A DNA stretch of 64,000 bases from the human T2T-CHM13v2.0 reference genome, Homo sapiens. Under the pieces are notes generated by a model, which was given only the letters and a program-made list of their open reading frames with translations, was not told the DNA's origin and made no database searches. Shown here piece by piece: positions 40,030 through 52,076 of the stretch. Where the stretch lies: NCBI RefSeq assembly GCF_009914755.1, contig NC_060936.1; one strand, written 5' to 3'. Position numbers and translations under genes: made by a program. The stretch's first letter is position 1; the number at the start of each line of letters is the position of its first letter.

Positions 40030-40210
40030 TATGACCTTATTATGTGGTAGGTCCTATGCTAGGCATTTTAAATGTAGTATTTAATTTAATCATTATAACA
40101 CACAATGTGTTAGTTACTACTATTATTTCTGCTTTAGAGGAAATATAGAGGAAACTAAATTGCAGAGCTTGTCCAAGGTCAAAAAGCTACTAAGGGAGGG
40201 AGCATCTATT
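40030..40210 (-). mobile_element. MIR fragment
   Basis: 'tatgctaggcattttaaatgtagtatttaatttaatcattataaca...gaggaaactaaattgcagagcttgtccaaggtca'. Confidence 0.6.
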
Positions 40211-40674
40211 TTTCCTAAGTCTACCATAAGGTCCTTTATCAACATTGCTGAAGATGAGGGCATTATCTTCTTTCTACAAGTGTTTAGATGATAGAAAATG
40301 GGTCAGCTAAGAATATACATTTTGGAGATATAGAAAGGAAACATAATGAAACCTTTACAAAGTGGTCAAGATCTTTGCTTGGCTCATATAAATCAATATA
40401 CAAAAGAAAGAATCAGTAGCTTTAGGAATAAATAATTAACAAAAATGGTTTTTGGTGTTCTCCTTTTAACTCCAAATGAGACCAATTGTAATATTTATAC
40501 ATAACCTGACCTTAAATAACCTCATCAAAATGCTCAGGAAAAAAGAAATCTTTCTATTTCTTAAAAAGAAAAGAGGGAGTTAAATTTAATTTAAAAATTA
40601 AGTTCATGAAATTCATGGCAAGGAGTATAATTTCTGGAATAAAGAAAAATATAGAATCATTGTCAATTGTGTTG

Positions 40675-41070
40675 TTTATTTTTAATAACAATTTTAAAAC
40701 AGTTTTATATTTATAGCATTTTTGCAAAGCTAGTACAATTTCTATATATCACACCTAGTTTTCCTACTACTTACATGTTATATTAGTATATTTGTCATAA
40801 TTAATGAACAAATATTGGTAATTGTTCTTGAACTCCACACTTTATTCAGATCGCCCCAGTTTTTTTTTCTTAATGTCCTTCTTCTGGTCCAGGATCCCAT
40901 CCAAGATACCACATTATGTTATTTGTCATGTCTTCTGAGGCTCCTCTTGGTTGTGTCCAATTTCTGAGATTTTCTTTATTTTTGATGATCTAGACAGTTT
41001 TGAGAAGTACCAGTATTTTGTACAATGTCCCTCAATTAGTTTTGTCTAATTTTTTTTCTTATGGTTAGAT
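40675..41070 (-). mobile_element. L1MC-type 3' end
   Basis: 'ccaggatcccatccaagataccacattatgttatttgtcatgtcttctgaggctcctcttgg'. Confidence 0.75.
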
Positions 41071-41375
41071 AATAGTTTTATTTTTAAGTATGCCAAATAA
41101 AGTAGTTACCAAAAATAAAGTCTGTGATATCTAAAAGTCCCAAACCACCAGGAAATGGAATGAGTTCTGGGTTAAAGAGAAAAGGATTTGAACTTCTTTA
41201 GTACTTAATTCTCTAAAGGTATCAGCTTAATGTAATGGACTGAGGGGCATTGCTGTTTAAAATGCTTGGACTTAACAGTTAGCTCATGGGGAGAGAGGAA
41301 ATGGTGGGAATATTTACAGGAACATAAGGCTGTATAAAGAGGTTGATTTGGGGTTAAAGAGTACAAAGTAATGTG

Positions 41376-41712
41376 TGCTACGGTCTGAATGTTTGTCCCC
41401 TTGAAACTCATGTGTTGAAACCTAATTTCCAAATTGAGAGTATTTGGAAGTGGGGTTTTTGGAAAATTATTAGGTACTGAGGGCTCTGTCCACATGGATG
41501 GGATTAAAGAGGCCACAGGGAGAAAGATAGCCCCTTCCACCATGTGAGGTTCCAGCAAGTAGGCATCATCTATGAACCAGGAAACAGGCAGTCACCAGAC
41601 ATTAAATTTGTTAGTGCCTTTAGCCTACAGAATTGTGAGAAACAAATTTCTTTTGCTTAGAAGCTACCCAGTTTATGGTATTTTGTAATAACATCCTGAA
41701 TGGACTAAGACA
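41376..41712 (+). mobile_element. MLT1A0-like solo LTR
   Basis: 'tgctacggtctgaatgtttgtcccc' to 'ggtattttgtaataacatcctgaatggactaagaca'. Confidence 0.88.
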
Positions 41713-42619
41713 CAAAGTACGTAGACAGTGAAGAGATACTTGGAATCAGAGATAGCACTGTGATTTCACAATGGTTTTTGATACAGGGCTTTAGACAAAA
41801 GGAGGATTTTTATCTGCAGAATTCAGACCTCAGAGAGGAAATTCAGGGCCAGAGTCCTTTCTCCTTTTCTGAAGTTTGTGACAAGACTTATATCCCAGTG
41901 GAGGAAGCAAATATAATTGAGAAATCAAGATAGAGGCCTTATCATATTGCCTTTGCAAACATGGCAAGGATTGGGAATGAGCCTGAAATTCTATATGCAC
42001 GAGGGTATGAAGTTTGCCTCAGAAAAGCCAAACTTCCAGTTTAAGGGCAGCCAGGTACATGACACACCCCATCTACCCTTAACATCCTGTCAGGCTAGCT
42101 CAGGATTAGATGGTTCTCTGAATGGAGAAGACCTGCTCATCTACTTACTGTTTTGGGTGACTTTAGAAATTCTGGACCAGGGGTGGCAATGTCCAATTTA
42201 TAAGGAATTGGCTTCAGGGTAGCTCTGGGTATCTAAATATATGACCTATATGTTGCTATATGTTTTTATTTTCTCTGTCCCTTTATAAGAGCTATATTTG
42301 ACTTCATAAGTGAGAAACTTTTACTTTTCTTTTAAATATCAATGGGCCTCCATTGTTCTTAGATCAGGCTCCTTATCAAAGCATGGGTCACATTTGGATG
42401 GATGCTGATCAATTTCTCAGCCTTTCCACTAGTCACTCCCCAGCATGCACCCAATAATTTAGCCATTCCATAGGGCTTGTGTCTCTTTCAGTTCTCCGTG
42501 CTTATTTCTTGGCTTTTTGCCTCTGAATGTTGCATTTATTCTGCCTAACATGAGCATCCTCCTTTTTCTCCTTCCTGGGCAATTTCATTGATGTCCCTAC
42601 AATAAATTTTTTTATATTT

Positions 42620-43030
42620 CATCAATTTCCTCACAGCAGTCAATGTAATCTTGTTATAAATAGAAATTATGTCTTGACACTCCCTATTTAAACTTACCAG
42701 TGACTTTCTATTGCACTTAGAATAAAATCAAACTCCTTACCATGTTCTTCAAGGCCCTCTGTAATCCCAGGATCTCTCATCTTTCCTTCCCATATCATGT
42801 GCTCCCAGGCTGCAGTCTCACCCACCAGCTTCTGTTTCTAGAGTACACCAGGCTCATTCTAGCTTTAGAGCCTTTTGTACTTCCCTTCGCCTGGAACATT
42901 CTTCTTCCATATGTTCCCAGTCTCAGTTACTTCATGTTGCTCACATCTTAGCTAAAATGTCCCATCCTGAGAGAGCCATTCTTTGGCCACTATCTGTAAT
43001 GCTGCTCACTTTTTTCTGTTACACTTTCTA
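42620..43030 (+). mobile_element. L2 fragment
   Basis: 'cagtgactttctattgcacttagaataaaatcaaactccttaccatg...gcctggaacattcttc...aaatgtcccatcctgagagagccattct'. Confidence 0.75.
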
Positions 43031-43092
43031 CATGGCACCCATCACTCTTGGAATGACCAAATGTTGGTGGAACATAACTATTAAGTATGTGC

Positions 43093-43198
43093 GTCCTGGA
43101 GCTTGACTTTTTGGCTTTATGCCCTGGCTCGGCCTCTTGTTACAGGCTGAAAGAATGAGGGTCCTGGAGCTTGACTTTTTGGCTTTATGCCCTGGCTC
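43093..43198 (+). repeat. Perfect 38-bp direct repeat with a 30-bp spacer
   Basis: gtcctggagcttgactttttggctttatgccctggctc at 43093-43130 and 43161-43198. Confidence 0.97.
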
Positions 43199-44216
43199 AA
43201 ATAAAAGACTTCTGCCATGTGATGAACATAGGAGCTGGGGATTAAGGAAGAGAGAGGGAAGGACTAGGAAAGGGAAAGTACTGAATACTGAGTCAGAGTG
43301 GGGAAATGTGTCTTCAAGCCTCCCCAAATAAGCAGAGACACCTGGGAAAGGCCATGGCCTCTGAATGGAGGCTCCTTGTTAGCAATGTGATGTGCGTTAA
43401 GAGCATTGCCAGCTGGAGGAGCCTGAATCCCTGACTGCAACTCCTTCCAGAGACGGAAAGATGATGACTGTGCATGAAGTCTGGAGTTGGGAGGCAGCTC
43501 TCCCTCTCAAGGCCTGCCAGGTAAAGTCTTTGTAATTGCCTATGGTTGAGCCTCAAAGATCACACATAGGATTATGGCCTGGAGCTAGACTCCTCAATTA
43601 TGTAGATATTAGCTCTAGTTTTTATAGTTTTAACTGTTTTCTAACTATCTCATGCCACCCTTTGGTATTAATTCCATGAAAGCTGTAACTATGTTGATTA
43701 CATTCACGCTTTTATCTTTAGGGTCTGGTTTAATGTCTAAGGCTGGTTAAGACTACCAGAAATATACATTGAAAACATAGGTGTACTTATGTATATTTAT
43801 ATGAAATATTTCCTTTTAATGTAAAAAAAGAAAGTAAACTTTAAAAAACTGAGCGGCAAAGGCATATCTATTTCCAAAGTGCTAAAATACATTATAAAAT
43901 ATCTAGAGGGGCTGCTTGGGCTGGAGGCGGCTTGCGTCCTGATACCAAGCATCGTTCCCTCCTGGACCTCGAGTGCGGGGCTGCACACTGACTGACTGCC
44001 TTGGTTAGGCCCAGCAAATCCCCAGTTCCCTGCAGTACCCCAGACTCCTGAGCCCCTGTTGTGGAGCCCTGTGAATTGCAGGCAACTGGGTAAATCTCAA
44101 GACAATCCTGATAGAAAACAGGGAATCAAGGCAGAGGTTGGCAAACAATGCAATGGAATTGAAGCTTGGCATCAAAGAAGGCTTAACAAGGAGACCTTTA
44201 ATTGTAAATGTTTAGT

Positions 44217-46530
44217 GGGGGCAGGGCCAAGATGGCCAACTAGAAACAGCTGTGATCAGAGGCACCCATGGAAAAGAACTATAATAAGTGTATGACTGCT
44301 TCACCGGCAAGCAAGGTATCCAGGTTCTCTCATCAGAACTGATTAGGAGGCTGGCATGATCCACAGAGAGGAAGGAAGAGCAGTGTGGTGAGGCAGCCCA
44401 TCTGAGAACCACACGGGGCAGGGGGGCCCCCACCCCTAAACCAAGGGAGGCGGTGAGTGAGCATGCTATCAAGTCGGGGAAACTGTGCTTTTTCCACATA
44501 ACTGTGCAAACCACAGATCAGAAAATCCCAATTGTGAGCCCATGCCCCTGTGGCCTAGCTTCCCAACCCCAGAGCCATGCAGATTCTCAACAGTCTCTCA
44601 GCTGGAATCTGCTTAAGCCTACCGAGCTCACGTGGGGAGTGTCAACCAGCACCACAGCTGCAGCTGCGTGCTGTCTAGGCCCTTTGAACTCCTTGAGGGA
44701 AGGGCAGCAGCCAGCACTGGGACTCACAACTGCCTAATTTGCTAAGCTTCCTGGGTGGGGGAAGGGCAGCATTCATCTTTATAGCTCCAGGCCATGCTTT
44801 TCCCCTGCTGGAGCCAGGGAGGCTGTACGACTTGGTCTCCAGACGTGTCCCCCACAGCACAACACACCAGCAGTGGCAGACTGTGGCCAGAGTGTCTTCA
44901 GGCCTGACCCTGACTCATCCCTCCTCACTGGGTGTGGCGTCCCTGAAGGAACTTCAATAACTCCAGCCAGAGGCTCAGGGACAGAACCTGGATCTCCCTT
45001 GGCCTGAGCCCCTAGGGGAAGTGGTGGCTGCAGTCTATGCGGACCAGCAGACTTAGCCTTTCCTCCTGGTAGTTCTGAGGAATGTGGGCAGCCCAGAGAA
45101 GTGGGTTTCCCACCAGTGAAACACATCCCCTCCACCAAGGGGCAAAGTGCTGTTCCCTATGACGAATCCTGTTCCCTATGCCACCCAACTCGGTGAGACC
45201 CTCCAACAGGGGTTGTCAGGCACCCTATATAGGAGCGATCCTACTGGCATCAGGTTGGTGCACCTCAAGGTCAGTGATACCAGAATAAGGAGCAGGCACC
45301 CATCTTTGCTGTTCTCCAGCCTTCTTGAATGACATCTCCAGGTGTGGGAGTGAAGCAGATGAATAGGGCCTGAAGTGAATCCCCAGAAAACCACAGCAGC
45401 ACTACGGCAGAGGGACCTGACCATTGAAAGAAAAACAAACAGAAAGCAACAACAATAGAATCATCAACAACAAAAAAAGCCCCTACAAAAATCCCATCCA
45501 AGGGTCAGCAGCCTCAAAGATGGAAACTAGACAAACTCACGAAGATGAGAAAGAATCAATGAAGAAACGCTGAAAACCCAAAAGGCCAGACTGCCTCTTC
45601 TCCTCCAAATTATCACAACATCTCTCCAGCAAGGGCACAGAACTTGATGGAGGATGAGATGGACGAATTGACAGAAGCAGGCTTCAGAAGATGGGTAATA
45701 AAAAACTATGTTGAGCTAAAAGAGCATGTTCTATCCAATGCAAAGAAGCTAAGAACCTTGATAAAACGTTAGAGGAGCTGCTAACTAGAATAACCAGTTT
45801 AGAGAGGAAAATAAATGACATGATGGAGCTGAAAAACACAGCATGAGAACTTCATGAAGCATACACAAGTATCAATAGCTGAATTGACCAAACAGAGAAA
45901 GGTTGTAAGAGTTTGAAGACCACCTTGCTGAAATAAGGCATGCAGACAAGACTAGAGAAAAAAGAATGAAAATGAATGAACAAAACCTCCAAAAAATATG
46001 GGACTTTGTAAAAAGAACAAATGAACCTGTGATTGATTGGAATACCTAAAGGAGACAAGGAGAATGGGAACAAGCTGGAAAACACACTTCAGGATATTAT
46101 CCAGGAGAACTTCCCCAACCTAGCAAGACAAGCCAACATGCAAATTCAGGAAATACAGAGAAAACCACTAAGATTCTCCTCAAGAAGATCAGTCCTAAGA
46201 CACATCATCATCAGATTCTCCAAGGTCAAAAATGAAGTAAAAACTGTTAAGGGCAGCTAGAGAGAAAGGCCAGGTCGCCTACAAAGGGAAGCCCATTAGA
46301 CTACCAGTGGACCTCTCAGAAGAAACTCTACAGCCTGAAGAGATTGAGGGCCAATATTCCACATTCTTAAAGAAAAGAATTTTCAACTCAGAATTTCATA
46401 TCCAGCCAAACTAAGCTTCATAAGTGAAGGAGAAATAAAATTCTTTCCAGACAAGCAAATGCTGAGAGATTTCATTACCAGCAGGCCTGCCCTGCAAGAG
46501 CTCCTGAAAGAAGCACTAAATATGAAGAGA
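44217..46530 (+). mobile_element. L1P (about L1PA8-13) with intact 5' end, 5'UTR and ORF1, truncated at the end of ORF1
   Basis: 5' 'gggggcagggccaagatggccaactagaa' with YY1 site 44228-44237; ORF1 remnant from the ATG at 45545; possible TSD aaatgtttagt / aattgtttact. Confidence 0.92.
45545..46530 (+). pseudogene. Disrupted LINE-1 ORF1p
   Basis: 'ENGNKLENTLQDIIQENFPNLARQANMQIQEIQR...RHIIIRFSKV' (46033-46260); early TGA and frameshifts. Confidence 0.9.
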
Positions 46531-47104
46531 AATTGTTTACTTTCCTGATTAGCTTTACCCCTGCATTCTGAGTGCTTGTGGAATATTTATTATGTTTGTT
46601 CATCATCAGTAAATATCAAAGACTGATAATGCAATTCATAAAGAAATATTTTCTCAAAGTAATGCTAATAATAGTCTTTACCATTTATAAGATAACCTAG
46701 TATGTGCCAGGCATTGCATTGGGTAGATACATATTATACATATACCTTTGTTGATGTGTTTTTTAAAATCAGTTCTAGATAATTCTCACAAAATCCCTCA
46801 GGGTAGGTGGGTAGGTGTAACAGGTTTCAGACAAGAACACCAAAGCTCTGCCACTTTACCATGTGACTCAGTGAAAGACAGCTTCAATAAATGGTGTAGA
46901 CCTTCTTGGCCCCTCAGGGATTTTAGGCCTATCTCTTAACCTTTATCGATCTAGTCATAATTTAAACATTTATGATGTGTTTTATGAAATAAAATCTATA
47001 CTTTCTAAATTTAATATAAAATTTATGGCTTTTTATTCAAAACTTTTTTTTCTAGGTTAAAGCCCTTGTTACATTTCACTAGCTAATTCTTGAATTTGAC
47101 TTGA

Positions 47105-47240
47105 AATATATATATATACATACACATATACATATATACATAGTTTTCAAGAAAGCTATTTGTATACATTATATATATATAACACATGCACACACATACA
47201 CATATATATGGAATTATATAGACTGTGCAAGTATATATGG
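47105..47240. repeat. TA/CA low-complexity tract
   Basis: Read directly. Confidence 0.8.
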
Positions 47241-47249
47241 AATTATAAA

Positions 47250-47700
47250 TACAGTGGATCAGCAGCCTCTATTTCCTCTTTCCTTTTGGTAATAGAATCC
47301 TTCAAGTTAAAACAGACACATGGCCACTTAGCTATGGATATTTCCTAGTCTGCTTTGCAGCTAGGTGAGGCCTTGGGATCACATTTAGTATATGCATGTA
47401 TAAGTGATACCAACAACTTCTAATTAATCTGCTGAAAGAAGATGGTCCTCTATTCCTGGACCTTCTCTCTTATCTTTCCATATGGTAGAATGGGAATGTG
47501 AGGGTGGCAAGCTTCCACCTTGCAGATAAGGACAATGTTCATGATGATGGTGGAGGCACAAGATAGTGCGATTGTATCCCTGAATAACCTTACGGAACTA
47601 AACTACCTTGCCAAATCTACACAGTTCTGAACTACCATGTGAGAGAAACATAAGTATCATATTTAAGACACTGCATTTTGGGGTATCTTATGTTATAAAA
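47250..47700 (+). mobile_element. MLT1H/J-like LTR
   Basis: 'atttcctagtctgctttgcagctaggtgaggcc' and 'catgtgagagaaacataag...tttaagacactgcattttgggg'. Confidence 0.65.
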
Positions 47701-49639
47701 TTTTATATATATATATATAACATATTATATAGTTAATTATATTACATGTATATATCTCTAAATATATAACATAACTTTTATGTATTAAATATAATACATA
47801 TATAATTGTCAATCATTAAAACAACGCTTTATTTATTGACTATATAAAATGAAATGTAACTCCTCTTTACATTTCCAACCAGAAACAAAAAAGTTGTATC
47901 GTTCCCGCTGAGGAAGAGTTAGAAATACTTGGTTTGATTTATATCTGTAGTACATGGTCCAAGACACTCTATCTTCATCCCTAGTTATTTGTCACAACTC
48001 CTTTGAAATATTGGTTATATTAGATTTCAATGCTTGTCTACCAAGATAAAATTTGTAAGTGTGCCATTACTATTCATGACAATAATGTATATTGTAATAT
48101 GGAAATTTACTTTAAGTGCAAAGAGAACATTTTCATGGAGATTTGTTGTAAATGACTAAAGCTAGGAGTAAGTTTTATTCTTAGAATTAATTTTAGTTCA
48201 GGGAGTTAATGAAGATTTAGTAATTATATTCTACTATGAACTATGCTTCTTTCCATGTATCTCTTCTCTTTTTCCCCAGATGCCATTTTACAATTCATGT
48301 TTGCAGTTTTTAATGCATTAGAATTACAGCAAAAACTACAGAAAATTAAAGTCTATGCTTATACACTAGAAGTCATAAACCCATTTTGTTCTAAATAATT
48401 AAAGGGTCCTGATGTCTTTGACTAATTGGTAATTATTTCAGAATCAGCTAATCAAAGATTTGATTGCAGAAAACATATGAGAAATAATAACATTTAACTG
48501 TCCATCACCAGCTGCAAAATATTTTTGTGCTCTTAGAAGAATATTTTCTATTTTTCTAGAAACTTTCTGAAAGAGTCTTTATTCTGCATATTTTTTCTTG
48601 TAATTTAAACCATGGAAAGGGTTACATTTATCTGGAAAAAAAAGACTCTGGTCCAATTTGTGACAGTTATAAAATTGTGAAAATGTAGTTTTTATGTTTT
48701 GAGATATATTGGATATAAAAATATGCTATGCAGCAACTTATTTGTCAGATATTGTCTAACTTTTGTTTATATTATTTTTAACTACATTAAAATTTCTCCC
48801 ACTATTATATAAGAAATAAAGAATGAATTTTATGCTATTTCAAATAGCCTTTTTTTAATATTCTTTTTAGATAAACCTAGAAGCAATGAATTCAACATGA
48901 AAGCAACTGACTAGTTGACTAAGAAATAGAATTGATAACCTTAGGATAAATGCTACAAAGTAAAAATATCTGAGCATACTGACAGCATTTCTGGCTTTAT
49001 TTAATTATTTTAGTCACAGACTTGCAATCATTGAGGTAAAATAGCCAGCCTTTCCTAAAATATGGTCTATGATCAATTGAAATGTAAACGTATATTATGA
49101 TATGTGTGTGTGTGTGTGGGGGGGGAGTTTATAGGGAATAAAGCCAAGGACTCATATTTATTGTTCACTTACTATGTTCCAATCACTTGCTTTCTTATTC
49201 TTCATGAAAACTCTGAAAGATAGTATTTTAAAAACTGAGATGTGATATATTCTTGTCGGGAAGTTAAGAGGAGGGGATCCATAAGTCATTGATGAACACT
49301 TTACAATTATGTGTTTTCATGTTGATATTAAAAATTAATTTAAGTACATCCTACTTTATATAGATACCTATCATATTCAGGTACATTTGTATTTATGACT
49401 CTAAGTTTATTTTTATTTTATTTCCACTTTCTATGTTAATGAGTCAAGAACTGATGTCAATTTAGAGCATAGATGACGTATTTGCAATAATTGAAAGCTA
49501 AATCACTTCACAGATAGCTTTATAGATCAGTTAGCTAAAGTTTACAAAGAAAAATGTGTTAGCAGAACTGGGTCCTCACCCCTAAAATAACATGGGGGTG
49601 CCTCCCATGAAAGAATTATACAAATACCTATCACATAAT

Positions 49640-49915
49640 ATCAAGTGATAGTGATGATTTATCTAAAAGAAAAATGTAGCAGCACAATGTAAAAAAAAAT
49701 GACTATGGTATGTTATTTTTATGTAAGATGGTGAGAAGTCTTCTTTGAGAAGTAACATTTACAGAGACTAATGAGTTAGGAGAGTTATCTGGGGAAAGAG
49801 ATTTCCTGAACAATAGCAGCAACTGTGCAGGCCCTAAGAGGCGAGTAGGTTTGGAGTGTTCAAGGAACAAGAGAAAGGAAAGTGTAGACACAGCAGAGTC
49901 AAGAAGAAGGAAAGG
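49640..49915 (-). mobile_element. L2 fragment
   Basis: 'ctggggaaagagatttcctgaacaatagcagcaactgtgcaggccctaagaggcgagtaggtttggagtgttcaaggaacaagag'. Confidence 0.7.
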
Positions 49916-50319
49916 TAGAAGAAGGTGGTGGGAATTTGTGCATCTGTGCTGTGCAAACAAGCATCAGTCTTAGAGCCAAATGGTACTGAAATCCAACCTG
50001 TGTGCTACTAACCAGGCCATATTTCTTAGAGAAGGGCTGGATCAGCCAGGAGAAAAGGGACACCTTTCTCTTTTCACGAAAGTGTTTTCTACTCCTAGGG
50101 CTGTTACCGCCCACTGGATACACCTTTTTCCACCTGGGCCACCCAGAAGGTACTTCTTGCAAATCACACCAAAATGCCATATAGACTAGCAGAAGCCTTG
50201 AGAAAAGAAAAGGCACATAAAGAACATCACTTAGACCTGTAGGACAGAATACAGCGTTTATATGATTGTATTTGTATTTACTTAAAATGGAATTTAATTC
50301 CGTTATAAGTGCAAAAAGC

Positions 50320-50540
50320 AAAAGGTTAGAGTCAGCCAGAACTGGGCTGAGATCCTTGAGTGACCTTGATCAACTGAATCATCTCTCCATGGCTGTGTTT
50401 TCTACTGTATACAATGGAAATATTTATTAATACCCCCTTTCACAGGCTTGTAGGGAGTGAGATGTTTGCAAAGTGCTTCACCCAGTTCTTCACCCATAGC
50501 AAGACCTTAATAAGGGTAAGCTAACTATCTTTGTTATAAT
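50320..50540 (+). mobile_element. MIR
   Basis: 'gagtcagccagaactgggctgagatcc...gtgaccttgatcaa...tgtatacaatggaaata'. Confidence 0.6.
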
Positions 50541-50609
50541 CATCAAGGCATTAAATTTGATCTTTGGAAAATACAAAGGCTGAAACAGATTAAAATAATA
50601 ATGAGATCA

Positions 50610-51150
50610 TGTGAACAATTTTCAGCAAATATTTATTGAAGGACCTCTTAGGGTTAGGCACTATTTCACGTTCTAGGAATAAAACAATTGACTAAACAAA
50701 AAAGCTCTTACCCTCTTAGAACTTTCATTTTAGGGTGAAGAGAAAGACAATTAATAAACAAACCTATGGCATGGGTTAGGTAGTGATAAGACATATGAAG
50801 AAAACTTTAACAAGTGATACAATGAAGAATAATGGGAGGAGTGTAGGAGTGGGGCAACTATTTTACATAGGATAATAATGCAAGCACTATGTATAAAAGT
50901 GACATTTACATAAAGATCTGAATCTACATGTGCTCCAGACATCTTACAACAGATGCAAAGGCCATGAGGCAAGGGTCTGCTAGATGTGTCTGAGAGAGTG
51001 CATTGTACCCTAACCATTAGATCACCATGCTAGATGTATTTGGAAAAAGAAGGGAAGCTACTATGGCTGAGGATGATTAATTCTTCTTGGGGAAAAGAGT
51101 AGGCAATGATGCGGGAGGGGGGCAAGATCAGAGAAGCACTAAAATAATCT
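50610..51150 (-). mobile_element. L2 3' end
   Basis: 'cagcaaatatttattgaaggacctct...aggcactatttcacgttctaggaata...ccctcttagaactttcattttaggg'. Confidence 0.7.
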
Positions 51151-52076
51151 TTGATTTCTAACAATCTGCACTAGGAAGCTGGGATTTTAATCACATTATC
51201 AGTGGCTGATTGTACTGTTGACTTTGCTTCCAATGGTTTTCTTTCAAATCAGTCATCTAAAGATGCGTTTTAGTTCCACAGCACTTGTCCCTGGCAAGGC
51301 AGGTTAAATAATTGGAGGTCACATTGCTACCTTAAAAAACTATCTCTTCTTCACTCTAGTAGAAGATTAAATAGATATAAATTTATGAATTTCTTCTTGA
51401 TCATATCTAAAAATTCTTAAGAATGGGAATTCATTAATCTCCAGGTGAAAGTGACATCATCATGATATGCACAATTTTTAAGTTTAATACCTAGAATTAG
51501 AAGTAGGCTCTCCAAAGCTTTTCTGTAGTTTCACACTTTTATTGTAGGTTGTTTAAGCATGTAATTTAAAAATTGACTAAGTAGAAATGTTAAAAGGTGG
51601 TACTCTTCCCTGGATATTATTCCATGTCTCTCCATTTTCTGCTCATACCTTTGTCTACTTTGGTTGTATTCTATAAGTATATTAACCTCTGTAAATCACA
51701 ATTTGTGTGAACTTCAAAAACTATTGCTTTAAACTGTTACATAAAATAACAAAATTAAAGGCAATTTGTCATTCCCTTAAAAAGTGTGCTCCATTACCTT
51801 GTAATGAATTTGGGAATTAAGATTTCTTTCTGCTTCTAGTTTGGCTTTTAATCTTTGTCCCAACTTTTTATATTCTTCTTCAGTTTTGTTCTGATCATTT
51901 AAAAGACTTCTGTGTTATTCGAGCCTCTCACATAAGAACATAAACAGATTATCCTTCTACCTTGAAGTTATGTAGGAAATCTAAAGAAAACATTCTAAAC
52001 TATTTTCATTTTATAATGATAATTAGGGTTACTTTGGATCATTATAGCAATAGAAAAATAAACTAATATGTCTAAA

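Noticed and set aside
43093-43198. CRISPR-like repeat-spacer-repeat geometry (38/30/38)
   Set aside because: Only two repeats, no leader or cas genes, and a primate genomic context. It is better explained as a duplication with a templated insert.
45150-45180. 12-bp direct repeat ctgttccctatg in the L1 5'UTR
   Set aside because: Small local slippage with no evident significance.
17467-46530. Idea that the L1PA 3' piece (17467-19500) and the L1P 5' piece (44217-46530) are one broken element
   Set aside because: The 3' piece has its own perfect 13-bp TSD, the order is wrong, and the middle of ORF2 is absent.
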